Below are positions 48,379 through 55,970 of a stretch of 64,000 bases of DNA, piece after piece. Origin of the DNA: Bacteroidales bacterium (GTDB lineage Bacteria; Bacteroidota; Bacteroidia; Bacteroidales; P3); the NCBI GenBank assembly GCA_017522255.1, contig JAFWZP010000106.1, forward strand, positions 1,390 to 65,389. Direction: 5' to 3'. The position numbers and the translations under genes are program-made. The notes beneath the pieces are model-generated. The model did no database searches. It was not told where the DNA came from and saw only the letters and a list, made by a program, of their open reading frames with translations. Positions within the stretch are counted from its first letter, which is position 1; each line of letters opens with the position of its first letter.

Positions 48379-50145
48379 TTACCAAGGTTGATTTATAGGT
48401 TCATTATCACCCACTTTTACACTTATAGTTAATGAATTGTCATTCAGTATTGTAAGTGTCAAAGTTATATCAAGAGTGTGAGGTGCTGCTTTGGGCACTT
48501 CTATTGTTAATTGTCCAAATGATTGGAACAATTTTGTGTTGTCAGGTTTAACATAATGCACAGACTTACTTGAGGACATCATTCCCTGATCATCCAATAT
48601 AGGATTCCCATTCTCATCTTTATCTATTATGTCTTCTTGAGTTGACCATCCAGTAATATAAATTAAACCTGAGTCGTTAGGATTCGTACATTTTATAGAT
48701 CCTGAATATGAAGGGTGAGCTTCGTCAAACACCAATCCTTTTGCAATGAGAGGTATAAAGAAGCCGCCACGAACTTCTACGCCATAATACTGTGATGTTT
48801 TATTCAGAATAGTAGGTTTATCACTTACATCACTATGCTCTTCGCGCTCATCATTTTCTTTCTTGTCATCCTTAGGTTCTGAATCAAAAATTATGAGCGG
48901 TTCAATATCCTCATAAGCTAACAAAGCAGCACCTTCACCAACTATAACATCAACATTGTCGGCGATATATGGTTCCCTCTCTATGAAATTCCTCACGATG
49001 TCTTGTACCCAAGGAGCTTTTGTAGAGCCTCCTACTAAAACAAATCTATTGATGTCATCAAGTTCTAATTTACTTTCTTGAATTGCTTTTTTTGTGCATT
49101 CAATAGTTTTATCTAATAGTGGCTTTATAGCATCGAGGAATTGTTCTTTTTTAATAATAACATCAAGATTGCAGTCTTGCTCAACATCAGGGTCATAAAT
49201 CAATGCCAACTGCTCAAGTTCTGATTCTGGGACTCCAACTGCAAAATCTTCAATTTTTGCTCTCTCAGATAGTTCCTTGAGAGTCGAATGAGCCATTAGA
49301 ATGTCACGTTTAGCTATACCCTTATTATCTTTGTTGACATTAATTAAGTCAATCTTGTGTTCCTTATAAAATTGCTTTGCTGCAATTTTCATAATTTCAT
49401 AATCTATATCATCACCACCCAGGTGAGTGATTCCATAGGTTCCTAAAAGTGTGAAAACAGGATTTTTGCCTTTTTCGGTGATAACATTGATGATGCTAAC
49501 ATCAAATGTTCCTCCACCAAAATCATACACCATAATGTTCTGATCTTTAGATTTTTCAGGATCAAAAAAGCCGTTTTTAAAACCGTAGGAATATGCTGCA
49601 GCAAAGGGTTCCTCAACAATTGATATACCTAAAGGCTGATTATTCTCGTCAAGAATAACATTATCTGTCTCATCTTTCTCACCGAAACCTGCAGTTATAG
49701 CGGCCTTTATCACTTCCTTTTTATAATAGGGAGTTGATGCGGCAGGAACACAAATCTTGATATTATTGATGACATTTTCACTTGCAAAAGGAGATTTTTG
49801 AGCTACTTCATATATATGAGTCAGCAATTTAGCAGCCATGTCAGTTGGGGTGTACTGCTTCCCATCAATTTTATAATGCTCAACAAGCTTTGGGTCATTT
49901 AGCCATTCTTCATTCTGCATTAGAGACTTGAATGAAACAAAAACTTCCTTGGGTTTTGAAATGGCAAATCTTTTTGCAAGGCGACCAACTATAATTTCGT
50001 CAGTCTTCCTATCTACAAAACGTATTGCAGAAGGCATGGTTTGACTTCCTGGCTCTAGTTCAAGGAATGTTGCAATATTATCCTTGACAATTGCAGCGCA
50101 GGTATTTGTCGTACCAAGGTCTACACCAATTGTAATTTTACTCAT
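48379..50145 (-). CDS. Hsp70 family ATPase paralogue (588 aa)
   Basis: IGVDLGTTNTCAAIV, VYDFGGGTFDVSIINV, FVLVGGSTKAPWVQDIV and IEVPKAAPHTLDITLTLTILNDNSL. It is the closest paralogue of the 46667 ORF. Confidence 0.85.
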   Translation of the reverse strand: MSKITIGVDLGTTNTCAAIVKDNIATFLELEPGSQTMPSAIRFVDRKTDEIIVGRLAKRFAISKPKEVFVSFKSLMQNEEWLNDPKLVEHYKIDGKQYTPTDMAAKLLTHIYEVAQKSPFASENVINNIKICVPAASTPYYKKEVIKAAITAGFGEKDETDNVILDENNQPLGISIVEEPFAAAYSYGFKNGFFDPEKSKDQNIMVYDFGGGTFDVSIINVITEKGKNPVFTLLGTYGITHLGGDDIDYEIMKIAAKQFYKEHKIDLINVNKDNKGIAKRDILMAHSTLKELSERAKIEDFAVGVPESELEQLALIYDPDVEQDCNLDVIIKKEQFLDAIKPLLDKTIECTKKAIQESKLELDDINRFVLVGGSTKAPWVQDIVRNFIEREPYIADNVDVIVGEGAALLAYEDIEPLIIFDSEPKDDKKENDEREEHSDVSDKPTILNKTSQYYGVEVRGGFFIPLIAKGLVFDEAHPSYSGSIKCTNPNDSGLIYITGWSTQEDIIDKDENGNPILDDQGMMSSSKSVHYVKPDNTKLFQSFGQLTIEVPKAAPHTLDITLTLTILNDNSLTISVKVGDNEPINQPW

Positions 50146-50150
50146 AATTT

Positions 50151-51020
50151 TTAATATTTTATTCTACGCAATTTTTCAGCTATGCCAGCCTTAGAAACAT
50201 TGTCTATTACATTTATATATTTCACATACTCTCCACTTTCAATCCAATTAAGCAATTCAGCTGCTCTCATTACAGTCCAAGGGTGAGAATTATCTGCAAT
50301 AGAAATGAATTTGATAACTTTACTCATTGCATCATAATCCAACTGTTTGAACTCTGTTGCTTGTTGGATAAATGTCTGGTAATTCATATTATTGAATTCC
50401 TTAATGGGCATACCTGCCATCTTCATAAATGCACGAATGGCTGCATCTTTATTCTGACAACAGAGTAATCCTGCTCGGTCAGCAGTAAACTCAGACATTC
50501 TATCCCAATAGTATAATGCGTACTGCAATGGAGCGGCTGCTATACTACCAAACGGGATAGAATCAATACAAATGTTAATGACTTGCGCCATCATATGGTA
50601 GAGCATATGATTACTCTTAATGTGTCCGCATTCATGACCGATAATAAACATTATCTCATCGTCATCGCACAAATCAATAAGACCTGAGTTTAACACAATG
50701 ATTGGATTCTCAGAGCCGACAGTAAATGCGTTTATACTATACCCCCATTCAATATACAACTCTGGAACTTTAGGTAAATCCAAGATCTGACAGGCATATT
50801 GTAAATACTCGTAAATTTTCGGATAGTTTTCGCTTGTTACCTTCAAGTTACTTCCAGTGTATTGTACTGTATAAATCTTCTCAATGGTATGCTTCGTAAT
50901 AAAGTTACCAACAAGGTCAACACCTGGGGTGCTTTGCAATGCACTCAAAGCCTTTTGGTCAAATGGATGCTCATACTGTGAGTGGTCCAAACCTTTAAGT
51001 ATTCTCTTATTCCTTATCAT
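50151..51020 (-). CDS. soluble M48-family Zn-metallopeptidase
   Basis: GHECGHIKSNH and SEFTADRAGLLCCQN. Paralogue of the 29380 and 51036 ORFs. Confidence 0.8.
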   Translation of the reverse strand: MIRNKRILKGLDHSQYEHPFDQKALSALQSTPGVDLVGNFITKHTIEKIYTVQYTGSNLKVTSENYPKIYEYLQYACQILDLPKVPELYIEWGYSINAFTVGSENPIIVLNSGLIDLCDDDEIMFIIGHECGHIKSNHMLYHMMAQVINICIDSIPFGSIAAAPLQYALYYWDRMSEFTADRAGLLCCQNKDAAIRAFMKMAGMPIKEFNNMNYQTFIQQATEFKQLDYDAMSKVIKFISIADNSHPWTVMRAAELLNWIESGEYVKYINVIDNVSKAGIAEKLRRIKY

Positions 51021-51035
51021 ACAACATCTATATTA

Positions 51036-51821
51036 TTATTGTTGCAATATGAATTGTTCCAATTGGTTGATTCTATTATTATACATCGGGTGTATATTAC
51101 TCAACTCAAAATACTGTGCTATTTGATTTGTCTCTTTGATAGTCGTATTGCACAATTTTGAAAATAATGATTTAATGTGTGTTATACTTTTCGCACATAT
51201 GAATCCTGCTCTATCGGCTGTATATTCAGCACATCTGTACCATTGGTTGAGGGGAACATCTATCAAGTCAGATACGATAGGACCAAGAATCTCCGATTTA
51301 CTATTAAGATTATCCAATAGACCTTTAATCGTATGACACATCAGATTTTTCTGAAGAATATGTCCCAATTCGTGACCAATCATAAATTTTAGTTCACCAT
51401 CAGATAAACTTATCATTGCTTTGCGGCTAATAAGAATGATTGGAGCACTATCGGTTCCAACACTTAATGCATTAATACCTTTGAGTTGATTCGTGACATA
51501 TACTTCTGGGACTTCCTCAATATTCAAAGATTTATAGCAACTTTGAAGGATATTATAAAAATGAGGATAATTACTATTACTAACTAATTGCCCAGTGGAT
51601 TTTATCTTCTGGATTTGCTCCTTGCAGTACTTGTCAGCAAACAACTGAAGGGACTTTCTAACCAAACCATTTGAGAGAATAGAATCCATGTAATTGTCAC
51701 AAGGATATGCATACGGAAGAGGTGCATCTTTCTTTTGAGAAAGAAGTTTTGAAGTCTTTACAGATTCAACAATTTGCTCTGCCTTACTCTTCAGTTTATT
51801 ATATCCTTCTGCAAAGGGCAT
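51036..51821 (-). CDS. soluble M48-family Zn-metallopeptidase
   Basis: GHELGHILQKN and AEYTADRAGFICAKS. Confidence 0.8.
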   Translation of the reverse strand: MPFAEGYNKLKSKAEQIVESVKTSKLLSQKKDAPLPYAYPCDNYMDSILSNGLVRKSLQLFADKYCKEQIQKIKSTGQLVSNSNYPHFYNILQSCYKSLNIEEVPEVYVTNQLKGINALSVGTDSAPIILISRKAMISLSDGELKFMIGHELGHILQKNLMCHTIKGLLDNLNSKSEILGPIVSDLIDVPLNQWYRCAEYTADRAGFICAKSITHIKSLFSKLCNTTIKETNQIAQYFELSNIHPMYNNRINQLEQFILQQ

Positions 51822-51844
51822 ATGTCGCTTAGTTTATTATAACA

Positions 51845-52144
51845 TCAAAAACTTTCATGTGTGCAATCTATTTCTCCTGATGGGCTTCGTCTTGTACCTA
51901 ATCCACATTCGCAACATTTCCAATAATTATATCCAAAAAAACTTTGTAGTTTAGTTAATCCTATTACATCATGTGCTATGCCTAGACCATGTAATACTGG
52001 GGTTATTATTGGATTTTCATCAGAATTAATGTTTTCGTATTTCATATTTAATGCGCACATTTCATGATACGAAATTTTAATATGTCTCGTATGTTTCCCA
52101 CATTTTGGGCATAGAAAGGAATTTGTGTTACTCATTGTTTCCAT
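51845..52144 (-). CDS. zinc-ribbon protein (99 aa)
   Basis: CPKC ... CCEC pairs, separated by a ~60 aa insert. Confidence 0.6.
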   Translation of the reverse strand: METMSNTNSFLCPKCGKHTRHIKISYHEMCALNMKYENINSDENPIITPVLHGLGIAHDVIGLTKLQSFFGYNYWKCCECGLGTRRSPSGEIDCTHESF

Positions 52145-52502
52145 TGTAATTTATTACTATTATACTATCTAATTCCTTACTCATTCTGCTTAATCTATCA
52201 TACAATCCATTTGTCTTGGATAATTTTGATTTTTGCTTTGGAATGAATAAATTATTTTGTTCCGGTGCAAATGCCGCTGCTGAATATGCTATATCCGAGA
52301 ATGATGCTTCATTCATCGGAATGCAATTTTCAGAAATCTCTAATTGTTCACCTAAATAATCAACTGTGTCATTATCCATTAAGCATAAGACTCGCTCATA
52401 CTCTTCGGGATGCTCGCATAGATATTTTCTTACAAAGTTTCGCTCTTCTGCGGTTACAGTCCCTTCGACATAACAGGCAATCAGTTCATCACTTATTTTC
52501 AT
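52128..52502 (-). CDS. putative cytoplasmic anti-sigma factor (124 aa)
   Basis: The N-terminus LIACYVEGTVTAEERNFVRKYLCEHPEEYERVLCL resembles the zf-HC2 anti-sigma N-domain. It overlaps the sigma gene by 14 nt and has no TM segment. Confidence 0.5.
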   Translation of the reverse strand: MKISDELIACYVEGTVTAEERNFVRKYLCEHPEEYERVLCLMDNDTVDYLGEQLEISENCIPMNEASFSDIAYSAAAFAPEQNNLFIPKQKSKLSKTNGLYDRLSRMSKELDSIIVINYNGNNE

Positions 52503-53154
52503 ACCAGTCTTTTTTAATCTGTTCTACAATAGCTTTGACCTCCCTGAGAGCCCTTGCCTTATTCATATCTACATAGTGAGCATCAGGAACGACTATCTTG
52601 CCTTTATAGAAGGTTACTTTATTCTCTTTCTTTCTTTTAGCAACCATCATTTCCGCGATTTCCTTATGATTGTATCCTTCAAGCTCCTTGATGAGAATGA
52701 AGCGATAGTCATCATTTTCCAATCGATTGAGAGCCTCCATAAGCATCACCAGTTTCTGATTTTCAGGTTCTGGTTTAGGCTCAGGCAACGGTTTGTCTCC
52801 GCCATCTGTACCTTTAGAGCCGTCTTTACCCCCTAAACCTATCAATTCATCTCTCTTTTCGAGAAATAAATGTGATGCAACGGAGCAAAACCAAGTTCTA
52901 AATTTACACTTCCATTGGAACGACTTCAAAGGCTGCCAGTCTCCCTCCTTGCCCTTAAACTGTATGTACAGATAGTTGATCAAATCTTCAAGATAAGCCA
53001 ACGAATCGTAATATCTCCATGCATAAAACTTCAAATCATCCTCGTATCTGTCATACAGCAGATAGAGCATAGCTTCTTCGTTTCCTGCAATTACAAGATC
53101 AACAATCTCCCTATCGCTCATATACTTGTATGATTTTTGCAGATTTACTTGCAT
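52489..53154 (-). CDS. sigma-70 family (ECF-like) RNA polymerase sigma factor with an insertion in region 4
   Basis: Region 2-like: EEAMLYLLYDRYEDDLKFYAWRYY..LEDLINYLYIQF..FRTWFCSVASHLFLEKR. Region 4-like: YRFILIKELEGYNHKEIAEMM....ARALREVKAIV. Confidence 0.65.
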   Translation of the reverse strand: MQVNLQKSYKYMSDREIVDLVIAGNEEAMLYLLYDRYEDDLKFYAWRYYDSLAYLEDLINYLYIQFKGKEGDWQPLKSFQWKCKFRTWFCSVASHLFLEKRDELIGLGGKDGSKGTDGGDKPLPEPKPEPENQKLVMLMEALNRLENDDYRFILIKELEGYNHKEIAEMMVAKRKKENKVTFYKGKIVVPDAHYVDMNKARALREVKAIVEQIKKDWYENK

Positions 53155-53167
53155 TATACTTCTCTAT

Positions 53168-53746
53168 TTAGCAGGTTAAACAGTTTTTTGCTATCCTGAC
53201 GCAGGCATAGCCCAATCCATTAAGCCTTACAGCCACCATAGATGTTTTGTCATCAATATGGCTCACCATTCCTTCCAATCCTCTTAATGGACCTGACATT
53301 ACACACACTTCATCGCCTACATCGATATCTTTCACTATCGTTACTTCCGAGTCGGCATTGTCAAGCATAAATCTTAGTCTGTCGATCTGATCGTCGGGAA
53401 TAGGTGTTGCAAAACCTTTTTCGGCCTCCTTGGTTCCGGGAAGTGCCAACATCTTGTAAACATACGACTGATTTCGCAAAAAAGTCTCTTCATCAACTGT
53501 TACTTTTACAAATACGACCATTGGAATTACTATTCTGTCAATCTTTTTCCTACGGTCGCTCCAATTGTGTATCTCACTCTGGACAGGAACGTATGTATCG
53601 TAACCAAGTTTTGCTAATTTGTTAGATGTCCGCTTTTCGCAGTTCATCTTACACAAAATTGCTATCCAACGCTTCAATACGGCTTCGCCGTCGTTTGTCC
53701 CATCGACAAACGTTCCCCTCCTGATAACTTCATCACACCTATCCAT
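53168..53746 (-). CDS. UpxY-family (NusG-like) transcription antiterminator
   Basis: NGN-like WIAILCKMNCEKRTSNKLAKLGYDTYVPVQ..IVIPMVVFVKV. KOW-like VGDEVCVMSGPLRGLEGMV. Trimmed to the first ATG, because 53764 is TTG. Confidence 0.8.
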   Translation of the reverse strand: MDRCDEVIRRGTFVDGTNDGEAVLKRWIAILCKMNCEKRTSNKLAKLGYDTYVPVQSEIHNWSDRRKKIDRIVIPMVVFVKVTVDEETFLRNQSYVYKMLALPGTKEAEKGFATPIPDDQIDRLRFMLDNADSEVTIVKDIDVGDEVCVMSGPLRGLEGMVSHIDDKTSMVAVRLNGLGYACVRIAKNCLTC

Positions 53747-53776
53747 AGCAATTTTTATTAGCAATAGATTATATAA

Positions 53777-53794
53777 TTTTGAAATGCAAAAGTA
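53777..53794. repeat. left arm of the 18-bp perfect inverted repeat (ttttgaaatgcaaaagta)
   Basis: Its reverse complement is identical to 54967-54984, and 22 of 24 positions match when extended inward. It contains the operon -7 box. Confidence 0.85.
53787..53794 (-). promoter_or_regulatory. -7 box (TACTTTTG on minus strand) for the UpxY-led operon
   Basis: caaaagta on the plus strand, about 40 nt upstream of the ATG at 53746. No TTTG -33 element sits at the expected distance in the present orientation. Confidence 0.55.
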
Positions 53795-53884
53795 AAGTTT
53801 ATTTATAATAGCTTAAATTTGTGCTGACTTATAAAATAGTCATGCAACTATATATTACTAAATATCAATTAAAAAAACACTAAC

Positions 53885-54856
53885 ATGAATAATTTGAATT
53901 GCCAACAAACAAATGAGCCGGCATTACTGCAACAAAAATATCAAAAAAAAACAATAGATATTTCTATAAAAGACCTTATAGTAGGACGGCAAGAAAAACT
54001 GAGAGAACATACCAGAATGGTTGATTTATCGCTACTGAAAAACTTGGAAAATTTTTCAAAGAAAACTACTCTAAATGTAAAATCAATTGATACTGATTTT
54101 TGCTATAAGTTTGCTAACTATTTGGTAAACAAAACCGGTGTAAAAATAAGTACAGCCACCACCTATATGCAAAAACTACATGCTGTTTTGCAGGAAGCTG
54201 TTTATTCGGGATATATAAAAAGCAACCCTATGCCCCCTATAAAAAGATTGTTGCCAAAGTGTATATCACATCAAAAAGCCAACCTCAGCATACACGAAGT
54301 AGAACTACTAAGTAAATGCAATTGTCCTCACCTGATAACTAAGATGGCGTTTTTATTTTCGTGCTATACGGGGTTGAGACTATCTGATATCGAAACTCTT
54401 CAATGGAATAATATTCATAAAAGAAATGGCATATACATGTTGAACAAGATACAGGTTAAAACAAATACCGAAGTATCCATACCACTATGCCGACATGCCC
54501 TGCTTATTCTTAAACAAGTTCAGGATAAAAAGTTATCAAAGGGTGAAAATATATTTCCAATGTATTCTCGCACCACCATATATTCCGATCTAAAACAATG
54601 GGCAAAAAATGCCGGGATAGATAAGCACATAACATTCCATGTGTCAAGAATAACATTTGTAACCCTCTCGATATCGGCAGGAATGAATATGTATGTAATA
54701 TCTAAGCTATGTGGACATAGCAACATAAAAACCACACAAGTATATGCACGAATGATAGACACCACTTATATAACCGCTATCAATATGTTCGAAAGCATAT
54801 TCAAACATAAAAGAAGTAAACAAAAATATATTCAAAAAGTTGAATTATTGTTATAA
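53885..54856 (+). CDS. tyrosine-type site-specific recombinase/integrase
   Basis: GLRLSDI (Arg I), HVSRITFVT (HxxR) and LCGHSNIKTTQVYAR (His..Tyr nucleophile). N-terminal SAM-like domain. Confidence 0.9.
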   Translation: MNNLNCQQTNEPALLQQKYQKKTIDISIKDLIVGRQEKLREHTRMVDLSLLKNLENFSKKTTLNVKSIDTDFCYKFANYLVNKTGVKISTATTYMQKLHAVLQEAVYSGYIKSNPMPPIKRLLPKCISHQKANLSIHEVELLSKCNCPHLITKMAFLFSCYTGLRLSDIETLQWNNIHKRNGIYMLNKIQVKTNTEVSIPLCRHALLILKQVQDKKLSKGENIFPMYSRTTIYSDLKQWAKNAGIDKHITFHVSRITFVTLSISAGMNMYVISKLCGHSNIKTTQVYARMIDTTYITAINMFESIFKHKRSKQKYIQKVELLL

Positions 54857-54943
54857 AATCCTGCTAAAAATAGCATAAAGTGAAAAAAACAATACGATAA
54901 GAATATTGCAAATCAGAATATTACATCTATCTAAAAAATAAAT

Positions 54944-54984
54944 TTTGCCAAATCAGAAATAAATTGTACTTTTGCATTTCAAAA
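54944..54984 (+). promoter_or_regulatory. full Bacteroidetes promoter TTTG-N19-TACTTTTG, overlapping the right arm of the inverted repeat (54967-54984)
   Basis: TTTG at 54944-54947 and TACTTTTG at 54967-54974. It faces rightward into a region without ORFs. Confidence 0.6.
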
Positions 54985-55353
54985 GACAAACAAAGCTATA
55001 TATCAATAGATTAAGTAATATTTTCATATTACAGATAACGATTAAACAACTAACGGTAATATCTAAAAATTGCACAGCTAAGGATTGGTAAAAATTCTAC
55101 TTCGTAGAAGTTGCAATTAAGCCGACAAAGAGTAATGCCTCGGCATCAGCCACTACAAGCAACATCGACTAAGTCAACGGTACGCAAATCACCTACAAAG
55201 CAATTTTTAGGAATTGCGTTTGTGTCTCGCCTTTCGCCGACGAAGTTTCAAAATAAAACCCCTATCTTTTTCCTCGAATGGTTCTCTTACTGTGCCGGAT
55301 ATCAACCTCTAAATCACTCGACAACACCATTCTCTACCTCTTGGAAAGTTTTG

Positions 55354-55385
55354 CAAAGTTACGACCATTTTCTCAATCTACCAAA
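55354..55385 (-). promoter_or_regulatory. full promoter TTTG-N20-TAACTTTG on the minus strand
   Basis: caaagtta at 55354-55361 and caaa at 55382-55385. It faces leftward toward the recombinase segment, and no ORF lies downstream. Confidence 0.5.
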
Positions 55386-55440
55386 TTTTTTTCGAAAAAA
55401 AAATCTCAGAAATTTTTGTTCGAAAACCATGTGGTTTGCA

Positions 55441-55503
55441 GGTCAAAAGTATCCGGTTTATGGGTCAAAACTCCCATGGTTTTAGGTCAAAACCATGGGA
55501 GTT
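55441..55503. repeat. three ggtcaaaa units at 22-nt spacing, plus a 15-bp perfect hairpin (aactcccatggtttt / aaaaccatgggagtt)
   Basis: Read directly. The related word caaaactatgggagtttt occurs at about 3576-3594. Confidence 0.8.
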
Positions 55504-55550
55504 ACAGTGGCTAAACTGCGTGGTTACGCTAAAGCTACTCAAGACACAAC

Positions 55551-55650
55551 GGACTACGGACAACAGTCGGGCGGTAGCCGGCTCATTGCTCACAGGTCTT
55601 TCGTAAACGAAGTTCAAAGGCTGTTGTCCGTTGACGGTTATCTCTAGTCC
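55551..55650. repeat. ~100-nt stem-loop (ggacta+acggacaacag ... ctgttgtccgt...tagtcc)
   Basis: 11-bp perfect stem (55556-55566 / 55621-55631) plus a 6-bp outer stem. Confidence 0.7.
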
Positions 55651-55670
55651 TTAAATCCAAAATTCGACAT

Positions 55671-55768
55671 TGTCAGCCCCGCCTCACCACCGTATCCCCC
55701 CGTATTCCCCCTTATAGGGGAATACTTAAGGGGGATACTTGAGTGGTGGCGGACGGAGGTGCTGACAA
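55671..55768. repeat. nested imperfect palindrome (tgtcagc..caccac gtatccccc gtattcccc / ggggaatac gggggatac gtggtg..gctgaca)
   Basis: Three nested perfect sub-stems read directly. Confidence 0.75.
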
Positions 55769-55962
55769 GTCGCCGCTTTTGGCTACACCGGAATTACGGA
55801 TTAACAGAACTACGGAATTTGGGAGGCTTCGCTGACTCATAACTCGCAGCTCATTGCTTAATGCTTACTACCCACAGCTCTCTAGTCTGCAAAACCTAGT
55901 TGAACCATAGGTAATTACAAGAAAAACAAGACAAAAAGGTAAAGTAGAAATTCGGATATTCG

Positions 55963-55970
55963 TATCTTTG
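55963..55970 (+). promoter_or_regulatory. -7 box TATCTTTG
   Basis: About 290 nt upstream of the ATG at 56258. Candidate promoter for the porZ-like gene. Confidence 0.4.

Noticed and set aside
53765-53884. Inverted repeats confined to the 120-bp UpxY-recombinase intergenic region, which would indicate a small classic invertible promoter.
   Set aside because: No convincing inverted repeat lies within this short spacer. The only strong inverted repeat pairs this region with 54967-54984, bracketing the whole recombinase gene. That pair is reported as a finding instead.
55111-55514. Plus-strand ORFs of 124 aa and 78 aa in the ORF-free region.
   Set aside because: They have no ATG/RBS context, and their composition is low-complexity Ser/Thr/Pro/Lys. 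They span promoter boxes and hairpin repeats. I treat the region as non-coding.
55660-55690. The minus strand reads GGGGCTGACAATGTCGAATTTTGG, which resembles a tmRNA 5' end (GGGGCUGA..UUCGAC).
   Set aside because: I found no T-arm (GGTTCGA.TCC), no 3' CCA-adjacent acceptor complement, and no resume codon with an ..ALAA-type tag frame. The motif is one arm of a local palindrome, because the plus strand carries the mirrored GGTGCTGACAAGTCG. It is most likely coincidental.
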